From Psychrobacter sp. HD31 (GTDB lineage: Bacteria; Pseudomonadota; Gammaproteobacteria; Pseudomonadales; Moraxellaceae), in NCBI RefSeq assembly GCF_051097895.1, contig NZ_CP142525.1:1140001-1172000 (forward strand): a DNA stretch of 32,000 nucleotides, read 5' to 3'. The position numbers and the translations under genes were made by a program. Position 1 is the first letter of the stretch; each line of letters starts with the position of its first letter. Below, one piece after another: positions 1 through 16,352 of the stretch. The notes under the pieces are model-generated. The model was not told where the DNA came from. It worked only from the letters and a program-made list of their open reading frames with translations, and did not search any database.

Positions 1-340
1 CTTCTTCGGCATTTTTATCTTGCTGTTCAAACAGATACACCAGCCCAGTAAAAACGATAACAGCTAACAACGTATAGATGATGGTTTTAAAGGAGTTACC
101 CCACGCCAAACCAACATCTTGCATAATAGTTTGGGTGTTTATTTTTTTATTTGGAGACTGACGAGTAAGTAACCATAACAAGAGTATTGGCAGTAGCAAC
201 ATTAACCACATGCTAATATGGTGATTAATACCAAACAAAAGCAAGATGATAGAAAATATATAGGCTATCAGTGCAAACCACCAACGCCAGTTGCCAGCAT
301 ATAAATCCAAACTAAAAAGGTGTGAGGTGTTTTTGTTCAT
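1..340 (-). CDS. Hypothetical multi-pass membrane protein, 5' part only (the gene runs off the left edge)
   Basis: The reverse strand has an ATG at 340-338 and stays open to position 1. It translates as MNKNTSHLFSLDLYAGNWRWWFALIAYIFSIILLLFGINHHISMWLMLLLPILLLWLL..., which is strongly hydrophobic. It is absent from the ORF track because its stop lies outside the window. Confidence 0.45.
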   Translation of the reverse strand, partial: MNKNTSHLFSLDLYAGNWRWWFALIAYIFSIILLLFGINHHISMWLMLLLPILLLWLLTRQSPNKKINTQTIMQDVGLAWGNSFKTIIYTLLAVIVFTGLVYLFEQQDKNAEE

Positions 341-495
341 AGTGTTGGTCCATGGTCGAGTTGCGCTCCTGTCTAGCTAACACCACCTGTTGTTAATTTA
401 CGCATTGATAACCGCAATTTTCCAAGCTCATGTATAAGATTTTCGATATAAATTTTATGAGAATTAATATGAAATTCATCAAATTGATTAAATTA

Positions 496-855
496 TTATT
501 TCGAGATACAACTTCCATAATACTGAGATGGGATTAGCTTACCAAATATCACAGAGTTTCGCGAATGTACTGCTTCAAGTTTTGAAGTGATTGTAGTTGT
601 CATCACATTACCAGTATCTGTTATTTCTATGAATGTTCTCGCTTCATCATTAAATATATAAGCCACTTCCTTACTCCCATTATTACCAATAATATATGCT
701 TTTCCGGAGATATCATCTAACAAGAAAGTAAGTTTGAGATCCTCTTCATCTAAAGTTTTACCATTTGAAAATGAATCAAAATTACAATCATAATTTACTG
801 TAGCAAAGACATGTGTACAGACAAAAAATAACATAATGGAAGTTAATAATTTCAT
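496..855 (-). CDS. Small secreted or periplasmic protein of unknown function (119 aa)
   Basis: An AAGGAG Shine-Dalgarno sits 7 nt upstream of the ATG (reverse complement cttAAGGAGtcagtaATG). The N-terminus MKLLTSIMLFFVCTHVFA/TV looks like a signal peptide. I recognise no family motif. Confidence 0.7.
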   Translation of the reverse strand: MKLLTSIMLFFVCTHVFATVNYDCNFDSFSNGKTLDEEDLKLTFLLDDISGKAYIIGNNGSKEVAYIFNDEARTFIEITDTGNVMTTTITSKLEAVHSRNSVIFGKLIPSQYYGSCISK

Positions 856-954
856 TACTGACTCCTTAAGTAAACAAGTAAAAAGATTGATATCGAATTA
901 TAATTCAACACTTACAATACTACCATCTAATCTACAACAAACTCCAAACCAACC

Positions 955-990
955 AATAAAAAACCGCCCCACTCAGTGAGCGGGGCGGTT
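955..990 (-). terminator. Rho-independent terminator of rrn operon 1
   Basis: The minus strand reads CCGCCCCGCTCACTGAGTGGGGCGG followed by TTTTTTATT, directly downstream of the 5S gene. Confidence 0.85.
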
Positions 991-1020
991 TTGGAGTAAC
1001 CGGTTGGGTTACGAATAAGG

Positions 1021-1134
1021 AGCTGACGATGACCTACTCTCACATGGGCGAACCACACTACCATTGGCGCGAAGACGTTTCACTTCTGAGTTCGGGAAGG
1101 GATCAGGTGGTTCCATCTTGCTATTATCGTCAGC
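1021..1134 (-). rRNA. rrf: 5S rRNA (operon 1)
   Basis: The reverse complement contains CCACCTGATCCCTTCCCGAACTCAGAAGTGAAACG and GGTAGTGTGG...GAGAGTAGG. The terminal helix pairs gctgacgat with atcgtcagc. Confidence 0.92.
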
Positions 1135-1279
1135 GAAGGGGTTTTAACAACAGCAACCGACTAGGTTGCTAGTAGAAATGAGTTTTATATATGTCTTTCG
1201 ACTTTCAAGATTATTATCTGATATCAAGCTTATGATGATATCGAAATTATATTAACTATATAAACCATTTTGGTATTGT

Positions 1280-4133
<2,854 letters not shown>

Positions 4134-4343
4134 CAATCCAAAATAGTTTGCAATGTATAGGTAATTTAATTAACGATATCACCATTTGTGTTGTTATCTA
4201 TCTTCCAATAAATAACGCGCTTGATTCAGTTCTCTTTACTTTTCGATAGTTAACGGTGGGATAACATTACAATGTCATTCCGTTAACTATCAGGTTAAAC
4301 ACATTCTTGTTGGAACAGTGTGTTTAACCCAGACTCATTTCTA

Positions 4344-4357
4344 TGTTGTTAAATAGT
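4344..4357 (-). promoter_or_regulatory. boxA-like antitermination motif in the tRNA-Ala to 23S spacer (operon 1)
   Basis: The minus strand reads CTATTTAACAAC and contains the TTTAACAA core of the E. coli rrn boxA (GCTCTTTAACAA). Confidence 0.4.
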
Positions 4358-4443
4358 TTATGATGCTCTCTTCAAGTCATCATGTTCTTTCTGCTTTCAC
4401 AGATATAAATAATCTTCCCAAATTACTTATATCTGTAAATTAA

Positions 4444-4519
4444 TGGTGGAGCCAAGGAGAGTCGAACTCCTGACCTCCTGCGTGCAAGGCAGGCGCTCTA
4501 CCAACTGAGCTATGGCCCC
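4444..4519 (-). tRNA. tRNA-Ala (anticodon UGC)
   Basis: The reverse complement is GGGGCCATAGCTCAGTTGGTAGAGCGCCTGCCTTGCACGCAGGAGGTCAGGAGTTCGACTCTCCTTGGCTCCACCA. It is cloverleaf-compatible and has an encoded CCA. Confidence 0.97.
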
Positions 4520-4520
4520 A

Positions 4521-4597
4521 TGGTGGGTCTAATAAGACTTGAACTTATGACCCCCGCGTTATCAACACGGTGCTCTAACCAGCTGAGCTATAGACCC
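4521..4597 (-). tRNA. tRNA-Ile (anticodon GAU)
   Basis: The reverse complement is GGGTCTATAGCTCAGCTGGTTAGAGCACCGTGTTGATAACGCGGGGGTCATAAGTTCAAGTCTTATTAGACCCACCA. Confidence 0.97.
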
Positions 4598-4657
4598 TTA
4601 TAGCTTACTTCTTAAAAAACAACTTGTTGTGAATTCTTGCCAATTGAATGCTTTCGT

Positions 4658-6192
<1,535 letters not shown>

Positions 6193-6459
6193 ATCTTTGT
6201 TGAGACCTTTTAAGATGGTCCCTAATCTTGGCTCATTCGTACTTTACTAGCATATTTACTTAAGTATGTTCGTATATGAATTAACTTTGGTATTTCTACT
6301 AATTTCGTCGAATGATTATCTTTTTAAAGTCATTCTAAATTAGCAAAAATCCACACAAGTTGTTTTTTAAGTTTGTTTTTAATGAGTTAGATTACCTTCG
6401 TCAGGTTAATCTTTACCCCCTTTGTCTTCAACGTATGCTGTGCGACTCAGGGAAGGCAT

Positions 6460-6487
6460 ATTATATAGTGTTTATCTCTCGTGTCAA
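6460..6487 (-). promoter_or_regulatory. rrn operon 1 promoter P2 (proximal)
   Basis: The minus strand reads TTGACA, a 16-nt spacer, then TATAAT. An A/T-rich UP-like tract (aaaaaactttaaaaaggcgtaaaaaagtg) lies upstream and a G/C-containing discriminator (atgccttccc) lies downstream. Confidence 0.7.
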
Positions 6488-6614
6488 CACTTTTTTACGC
6501 CTTTTTAAAGTTTTTTCGCTTCGCTTTTCTTTGTTTTAAGCTTAACTCAATTTCACTTTAATTTACGCTACAAAACTTCGCTTTGTCAGCTCTGCCCCGT
6601 TTGCGTGAGGGCGT

Positions 6615-6642
6615 ATTATACGCAGTTTTTTTAGGTTGGCAA
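6615..6642 (-). promoter_or_regulatory. rrn operon 1 promoter P1 (distal)
   Basis: The minus strand reads TTGCCA, a 16-nt spacer, then TATAAT, followed by the GC-rich discriminator acgccctcacgc. This is typical of stringently controlled rrn promoters. Confidence 0.7.
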
Positions 6643-6888
6643 GGGGTTTTTAAAGATTTGTGAAATTTGTTTGTAAGGGGCTGGTTTGAAAGGGGGTTTT
6701 GATGGAAGTTTGTTTGCTAGCCAATGGGTGGTTATTTGACTTTATATATGTGTCTTTAGTTTCCAACCTTTATTATTTATTTTTTCTTCCTACTATAAAT
6801 GTTTTCGACTTCTAATGTAGAAATTTAACGCCCTCACTTACAGCTGGTTTATTGCGCAGCAGAATATCAGTCCTACAACATTCACTTG

Positions 6889-8133
6889 TTAGCTCTCACT
6901 CTCCGTTTCAATCATATTTTTCAAATCAGAGAAAGCCCTATTTTGCTGATTAAGATTGCTCTTAAAGTCTATTGCTTTAACGGAACGCTCATGTCCCTCA
7001 CCATGATGCTCGTATATTTCCAAATAGCCCTCTTGCTCTAACTGATCGATGAGATCATAGCTTGACTTGAAATCATAACCCATGGGCCCTAGATAATTGA
7101 CGACAAATGACTTAAGACCCATAAATTCGTATCCGTTTTCATCCGTAAATCTTTTGCTAGCCCTAAGTTTAGATAGCATCTCTGACTTTGAAATTGCTTT
7201 CAGAGAAGACTCACTTGCAATTACATCTCTTATTGCATCTCTGTCATCAGACGAAAATTGAACTGCAGCAATTTTCTCTTCAGCATCTTTAATTATTTTT
7301 TCAAGATCTTCTGTTAGCTCTTTTGCAGTAATTCGATCTTTTTCAACAAAAAGGCTGTTATGAGCTACCTTATGTCTAATTTTCTCTAACTGCTCCCATT
7401 TTTGCTGGAAGTTCTGATCTTTAAACGACTCTTTAAAAAATTTATTGTAGTTAGATTGAAGTTCAATTTTTAAGGCAGCGATTGCTTCTTGAGTTTCCTC
7501 CATTTCCATGACCTTGGTATAGATGTCATCTCTTGAAATAAAACCAGAAGATTGAGAGTAGACGATTTTACCTAACTCTCCAAAATCGATTAAGTAAGCC
7601 TTACTATCAGCTTTAGATGAAAAATTTGTCTCGTTATTCTTCCTGTTAATAACTTTCTTTTTCATTTCTGAATCAGCTGTCAAAGACCACCAGTTCGGAC
7701 CAAGTTTTGTTACAAGAAACTTAATTAGATATCTGCGCAAGGAATTTTCAACTTTATTGATTTCAGGGTAAATATCATTCGCAATATTCGAAGACGCTTC
7801 ATCCGTAAGCACATATATGTGCTCAAACTTTAGCTCCTTAAGATGCGATAAGATTTTTAATCTAAAGGGCTCTAGAAACTGTAATTGTGCAGATATTCTA
7901 ACAATGAATCCTGTCCCTATTTGATCTTTAACTTCATCATCTGGATCGACCTTTGCTATTTGGATATTTAGACCTTGGTCTCGATCTTCAATTTGAGTAT
8001 TATCATGCTTGAGTCTTGGATTCTCAAACAAAGAGGAATTCGACATTAAGGCGTAACAAAGCTCTTGTTCTGCTTTGACAACACACTTTCCTATATTATC
8101 TACGCAAAGTAGTTCATATTCCAATTTGCTCAA
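6889..8133 (-). CDS. HEPN-domain protein (414 aa): unknown N-terminal domain, central Swt1-like HEPN with an Rx4H motif, and a possible winged-helix C-terminal domain
   Basis: This is a long clean ORF in an otherwise non-coding spacer. R253-H-K-V-A-H258 (nt 7360-7377) fits the HEPN Rx4-6H catalytic motif. Upstream helices read VENSLRRYLIKFLVTKLGPNWW and YLIDFGELGKIVY, the pattern I associate with Swt1-like HEPN domains. The C-terminal segment FMGLKSFVVNYLGPMGYDFKSSYDLIDQLEQEGYLEIY looks like a winged helix-turn-helix, which is an inference. Confidence 0.8.
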   Translation of the reverse strand: MSKLEYELLCVDNIGKCVVKAEQELCYALMSNSSLFENPRLKHDNTQIEDRDQGLNIQIAKVDPDDEVKDQIGTGFIVRISAQLQFLEPFRLKILSHLKELKFEHIYVLTDEASSNIANDIYPEINKVENSLRRYLIKFLVTKLGPNWWSLTADSEMKKKVINRKNNETNFSSKADSKAYLIDFGELGKIVYSQSSGFISRDDIYTKVMEMEETQEAIAALKIELQSNYNKFFKESFKDQNFQQKWEQLEKIRHKVAHNSLFVEKDRITAKELTEDLEKIIKDAEEKIAAVQFSSDDRDAIRDVIASESSLKAISKSEMLSKLRASKRFTDENGYEFMGLKSFVVNYLGPMGYDFKSSYDLIDQLEQEGYLEIYEHHGEGHERSVKAIDFKSNLNQQNRAFSDLKNMIETESES

Positions 8134-8179
8134 TTTTATTTCCTATTTTTTGATTATTTCTTAATAGCACTAACAATTT

Positions 8180-8209
8180 ATTATCTTGCTATCCTAGCAT
8201 TGATGTCAA
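8180..8209 (-). promoter_or_regulatory. Candidate sigma70 promoter for the 414-aa HEPN gene
   Basis: The minus strand reads TTGACA (8209-8204), an 18-nt spacer, then GATAAT (8185-8180), about 45 nt upstream of the ATG at 8133. The spacing is suboptimal. Confidence 0.35.
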
Positions 8210-8268
8210 TCACTGACAATATATAAACTCAGTAGGTTGGTATCGAGGAGTCGAGAACCAACACCCCA

Positions 8269-8296
8269 GTGTCAACACTTTTTTACGCCTTTTTTT
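8269..8296 (-). repeat. Third copy of the rrn P2 UP-element and -35 segment, lacking the -10
   Basis: The 26-bp string 'gtgtcaacacttttttacgccttttt' also occurs at 6481-6506 and 13885-13910, within the P2 promoters. Here the flanks on both sides are unrelated, and no -10 hexamer follows the TTGACA. Confidence 0.85.
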
Positions 8297-8360
8297 ATAT
8301 AATATTCATTATAGATAGAATAATACTACCATCTAATCTACAACAAACTCCAAACCAACC

Positions 8361-8396
8361 AATAAAAAACCGCCCCACTCAGTGAGCGGGGCGGTT
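8361..8396 (-). terminator. Rho-independent terminator of rrn operon 2
   Basis: It is identical to the hairpin and T-tract at 955-990. It lies between the operon-2 5S gene and the HEPN gene. Confidence 0.85.
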
Positions 8397-8426
8397 TTGG
8401 AGTAACCGGTTGGGTTACGAATAAGG

Positions 8427-8540
8427 AGCTGACGATGACCTACTCTCACATGGGCGAACCACACTACCATTGGCGCGAAGACGTTTCACTTCTGAGTTCG
8501 GGAAGGGATCAGGTGGTTCCATCTTGCTATTATCGTCAGC
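8427..8540 (-). rRNA. rrf: 5S rRNA (operon 2)
   Basis: It is identical to 1021-1134 at offset 7406. Confidence 0.92.
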
Positions 8541-8685
8541 GAAGGGGTTTTAACAACAGCAACCGACTAGGTTGCTAGTAGAAATGAGTTTTATATATGT
8601 CTTTCGACTTTCAAGATTATTATCTGATATCAAGCTTATGATGATATCGAAATTATATTAACTATATAAACCATTTTGGTATTGT

Positions 8686-11539
<2,854 letters not shown>

Positions 11540-11749
11540 CAATCCAAAATAGTTTGCAATGTATAGGTAATTTAATTAACGATATCACCATTTGTGTTGT
11601 TATCTATCTTCCAATAAATAACGCGCTTGATTCAGTTCTCTTTACTTTTCGATAGTTAACGGTGGGATAACATTACAATGTCATTCCGTTAACTATCAGG
11701 TTAAACACATTCTTGTTGGAACAGTGTGTTTAACCCAGACTCATTTCTA

Positions 11750-11763
11750 TGTTGTTAAATAGT
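11750..11763 (-). promoter_or_regulatory. boxA-like antitermination motif in the spacer (operon 2)
   Basis: The sequence is the same as at 4344-4357. Confidence 0.4.
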
Positions 11764-11848
11764 TTATGATGCTCTCTTCAAGTCATCATGTTCTTCTGCT
11801 TTCACAGATATAAATAATCTTCCCAAATTACTTATATCTGTAAATTAA

Positions 11849-11924
11849 TGGTGGAGCCAAGGAGAGTCGAACTCCTGACCTCCTGCGTGCAAGGCAGGCG
11901 CTCTACCAACTGAGCTATGGCCCC
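11849..11924 (-). tRNA. tRNA-Ala (anticodon UGC)
   Basis: It is identical to 4444-4519. Confidence 0.97.
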
Positions 11925-11925
11925 A

Positions 11926-12002
11926 TGGTGGGTCTAATAAGACTTGAACTTATGACCCCCGCGTTATCAACACGGTGCTCTAACCAGCTGAGCTATAGAC
12001 CC
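11926..12002 (-). tRNA. tRNA-Ile (anticodon GAU)
   Basis: It is identical to 4521-4597. Confidence 0.97.
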
Positions 12003-12062
12003 TTATAGCTTACTTCTTAAAAAACAACTTGTTGTGAATTCTTGCCAATTGAATGCTTTCGT

Positions 12063-13595
<1,533 letters not shown>

Positions 13596-13863
13596 ATCTT
13601 TGTTGAGACCTTTTAAGATGGTCCCTAATCTTGGCTCATTCGTACTTTACTAGCATATTTACTTAAGTATGTTCGTATATGAATTAACTTTGAGTATTTC
13701 TACTAATTTCGTCGAATGATTATCTTTTTAAAGTCATTCTAAATTAGCAAAAATCCACACAAGTTGTTTTTTAAGTTTGTTTTTAATGAGTTAGATTACC
13801 TTCGTCAGGTTAATCTTTACCCCCTTTGTCTTCAACGTATGCTGTGCGACTCAGGGAAGGCAT

Positions 13864-13891
13864 ATTATATAGTGTTTATCTCTCGTGTCAA
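13864..13891 (-). promoter_or_regulatory. rrn operon 2 promoter P2
   Basis: It has the same TTGACA-16-TATAAT arrangement as 6460-6487. Confidence 0.7.
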
Positions 13892-14018
13892 CACTTTTTT
13901 ACGCCTTTTTAAAGTTTTTTCGCTTCGCTTTTCTTTGTTTTAAGCTTAACTCAATTTCACTTTAATTTACGCTACAAAACTTCGCTTTGTCAGCTCTGCC
14001 CCGTTTGCGTGAGGGCGT

Positions 14019-14046
14019 ATTATACGCAGTTTTTTTAGGTTGGCAA
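14019..14046 (-). promoter_or_regulatory. rrn operon 2 promoter P1
   Basis: It has the same TTGCCA-16-TATAAT arrangement as 6615-6642. Confidence 0.7.
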
Positions 14047-14295
14047 GGGGTTTTTTAAAGATTTGTGAAATTTGCTTGTAAGGGGCTGGTTTGAAAGGGG
14101 TTTTAGAATACTCTTAAGTAGTCTCTTTAAGCAACCTCCCTCTGTAATGCTTTGCATTCGATTTTGGTATCTGTCTATATATAAACATGCACATTATCTT
14201 ATAATGTTTATGTATGGTATTTTATACCAACCGACTATCTCCATAAGTAGATAGTACATAATATAGCAAAATATAAACATAGCTAGGAGATTAAT

Positions 14296-14655
14296 ATGTT
14301 TTTTGTTGAAATTGATGATGACGGATTAACCGTTGACGATATTAAAAGAATTGCCAATCATTTAATTGATGATCATAACGATTTATTACAGCAATTGAGT
14401 CAAAAGCAGCTAGATGACTTATCATTAATAACAAAACCAACACTGGAGAGTGATTATAGTGAAGTCGAAATCAAAAAACATTGGGATGAGTTTATTAAAG
14501 ATTTTGTTGTAAAAGATGTTAATGGTAATTCAATGCGTTTTTATAAAGGCTCAGATGGTTGTTTTTATTTTGGTGATGAACGTGGAATGGAAATGGCTTT
14601 AAATCTTAGTAAAAATAGCCCTTATCCTAATAAAAACTATAGAAGTGACGATTAG
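14296..14655 (+). CDS. Small, highly acidic hypothetical protein (119 aa)
   Basis: An AGGAGA Shine-Dalgarno sits 6 nt before the ATG (agctAGGAGAttaatATG). The protein is rich in D and E. I recognise no family. Confidence 0.65.
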   Translation: MFFVEIDDDGLTVDDIKRIANHLIDDHNDLLQQLSQKQLDDLSLITKPTLESDYSEVEIKKHWDEFIKDFVVKDVNGNSMRFYKGSDGCFYFGDERGMEMALNLSKNSPYPNKNYRSDD

Positions 14656-14664
14656 TCTATTACT

Positions 14665-15618
14665 TTATATCAGCAATAGCCCAACAACAAATAGTAAATT
14701 AACAGCCAAGGTACTCATAACCACAGTTTTTAATTGTGTACCTAGTTGTTGTGGGTTATTGCGGTTGTTATACACAAAAATAAGATGCTTTAAGATAAAG
14801 GGCAATACTAATAGCCACAATAAACTGCCTAAACTATTAAATCTTGCATACGCAAAATAACACATCATGGCTAGCAATATAATCACATAATAACCCAAAG
14901 CCATGGTTTGCTTGCCTAGCAATACAGCAATGGTTGTTTTTTTAGCCAATTTATCGCTGTCAATATCTCGCATATTGTTAACATAAAGCACACCTGCCGA
15001 CAGTAAGCCACATCCTGTTGCCGGTAAAATCATGCCGCCTTCAAGATAATGTAATTGTAGATAGCAGCTACCTAGCACACCTAGCCAGCCAAAAAACATT
15101 AACACCGATGCCTCACCCAATGCTCTATAACCATAAGGTCGCTTACCCATGGTATACGCACAAGCGGCAATAATCGCCAAAATACCCAATGATAAAAACA
15201 CCAAAAACTCATTTAATGTTTCAAGTCCTAAATAAATGAGCAATACGCCACAAAAAAAGGTAAAAGCGCCCCAATAATAAATTACTTTTTTTAAATCATT
15301 GGCATTAATCTGCCCCGTAACGGTAATTCTTTCAGGACTTTGTGCATCTCTTAAATTATCCGCCCCACTCACACCATCTCCATAGTCATTTGCAAGATTA
15401 GAAAGTATCTGCAAACAAAGTGCGACCCACAAAGTTAACAAAAAAATACACCAATGCGTAAGATCAAAACCATTCAATGCATGATATGCGAGCCCATTAC
15501 CACAAATAATACTGGCAGCAGCAAGTGGAAACGTTCTTGGTCTTGTGGCTTTCCAAAGTACCGCTAATAAAGCATTTTTATGCTGATTTTTACCGATTAA
15601 ATTCATTACTAATTTCAA
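14665..15618 (-). CDS. menA: 1,4-dihydroxy-2-naphthoate polyprenyltransferase (UbiA superfamily)
   Basis: It is colinear with E. coli MenA. Shared segments include LQILSNLANDYGDGVSG (the NDxxD motif), RPYGY, VLMFFGWLGV and NNMRDIDSD. Confidence 0.9.
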   Translation of the reverse strand: MKLVMNLIGKNQHKNALLAVLWKATRPRTFPLAAASIICGNGLAYHALNGFDLTHWCIFLLTLWVALCLQILSNLANDYGDGVSGADNLRDAQSPERITVTGQINANDLKKVIYYWGAFTFFCGVLLIYLGLETLNEFLVFLSLGILAIIAACAYTMGKRPYGYRALGEASVLMFFGWLGVLGSCYLQLHYLEGGMILPATGCGLLSAGVLYVNNMRDIDSDKLAKKTTIAVLLGKQTMALGYYVIILLAMMCYFAYARFNSLGSLLWLLVLPFILKHLIFVYNNRNNPQQLGTQLKTVVMSTLAVNLLFVVGLLLI

Positions 15619-16235
15619 CTCACTTTATTAACAGACTTAAAAAACGCACGATAAGCAGCAACTTTTTTGGCAAATGATAATGGATATGCACGAGAGGTAG
15701 AAGGCAAGCGCACCAAATCAAACGTTTTGTTTAGGTGCTTCCCTTCAAATATATACTCAATGCTTTGATTTGTTTTTGGCATCTTACGTTGGTTTTTTTC
15801 ATTCAACAGGCTGAGTAACACTTCTGTTGCTTTGCCGCCTGTTGTAAAAATAGTCGTTACCTTAGGTACTTGCTGAAGTACTTTGTCTAAATCAACTGGG
15901 CTAACAACCGTTAAATGTTTATCAGAGGCATTGCCCTCTTCTCTAATCGCCTGACGAACTGTGGGACAAGAAGCAATGCCTTTGTAATGTAAAAAGTCAA
16001 TAATCGCCTCATAATCAAAGCGTTTTTCTAAACCAACTCTAAAATGATCTTGGTTTTGAAAAAAAACTTGCCCATATACACGCCACATATCATTATAAAA
16101 ATTTGGATAATGAAATGGCATTGCCCATTTATCTTGCGTAGGTGGAAAGCTACCCATCATCATAATTGTTGCATTTTGAGGCAATACAGGCTCAAAAGGA
16201 TGATTCTCGACTTTTTGGGTAGATAAAATTGACAT
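15615..16235 (-). CDS. Uracil-DNA glycosylase superfamily protein, probably a DNA-deoxyinosine (hypoxanthine) glycosylase-like member
   Basis: The motifs [17 protein letters not shown] and LPSTSRAY resemble UDG-superfamily family 6. I place the start at the ATG at 16235 (MSILSTQKV...) rather than the track's GTG at 16295. The stop overlaps the menA start as ATGA. Confidence 0.6.
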   Translation of the reverse strand: MSILSTQKVENHPFEPVLPQNATIMMMGSFPPTQDKWAMPFHYPNFYNDMWRVYGQVFFQNQDHFRVGLEKRFDYEAIIDFLHYKGIASCPTVRQAIREEGNASDKHLTVVSPVDLDKVLQQVPKVTTIFTTGGKATEVLLSLLNEKNQRKMPKTNQSIEYIFEGKHLNKTFDLVRLPSTSRAYPLSFAKKVAAYRAFFKSVNKVS

Positions 16236-16352
16236 AAAAGAGATATTTATCGTGATTTTGTAAAAAAAGAACCTGTTTTTTTTGTTATTATACACAATAA
16301 TTCAAAGTTCACTCCCATTCAATTTTACAAACTATATAATCAGGATAAAGAT

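Noticed and set aside
6701-8321. The possibility that the rrn-rrn spacer is a transposon, insertion sequence or integrative element.
   Set aside because: It has no transposase, integrase or recombinase ORF. I found no convincing terminal inverted repeats or target-site duplication, only a 7-bp ccaacct/aggttgg match, which is expected by chance. The weak hairpin at 8236-8262 (ggttggt...accaac) is not followed by a U-tract.
14072-14860. ORFs 14072-14254 (+) and 14645-14860 (+).
   Set aside because: The first spans the rrn P1 upstream region and promoter DNA and has no ribosome-binding site. The second is antisense to the 3' end of menA. Neither has coding-like composition.
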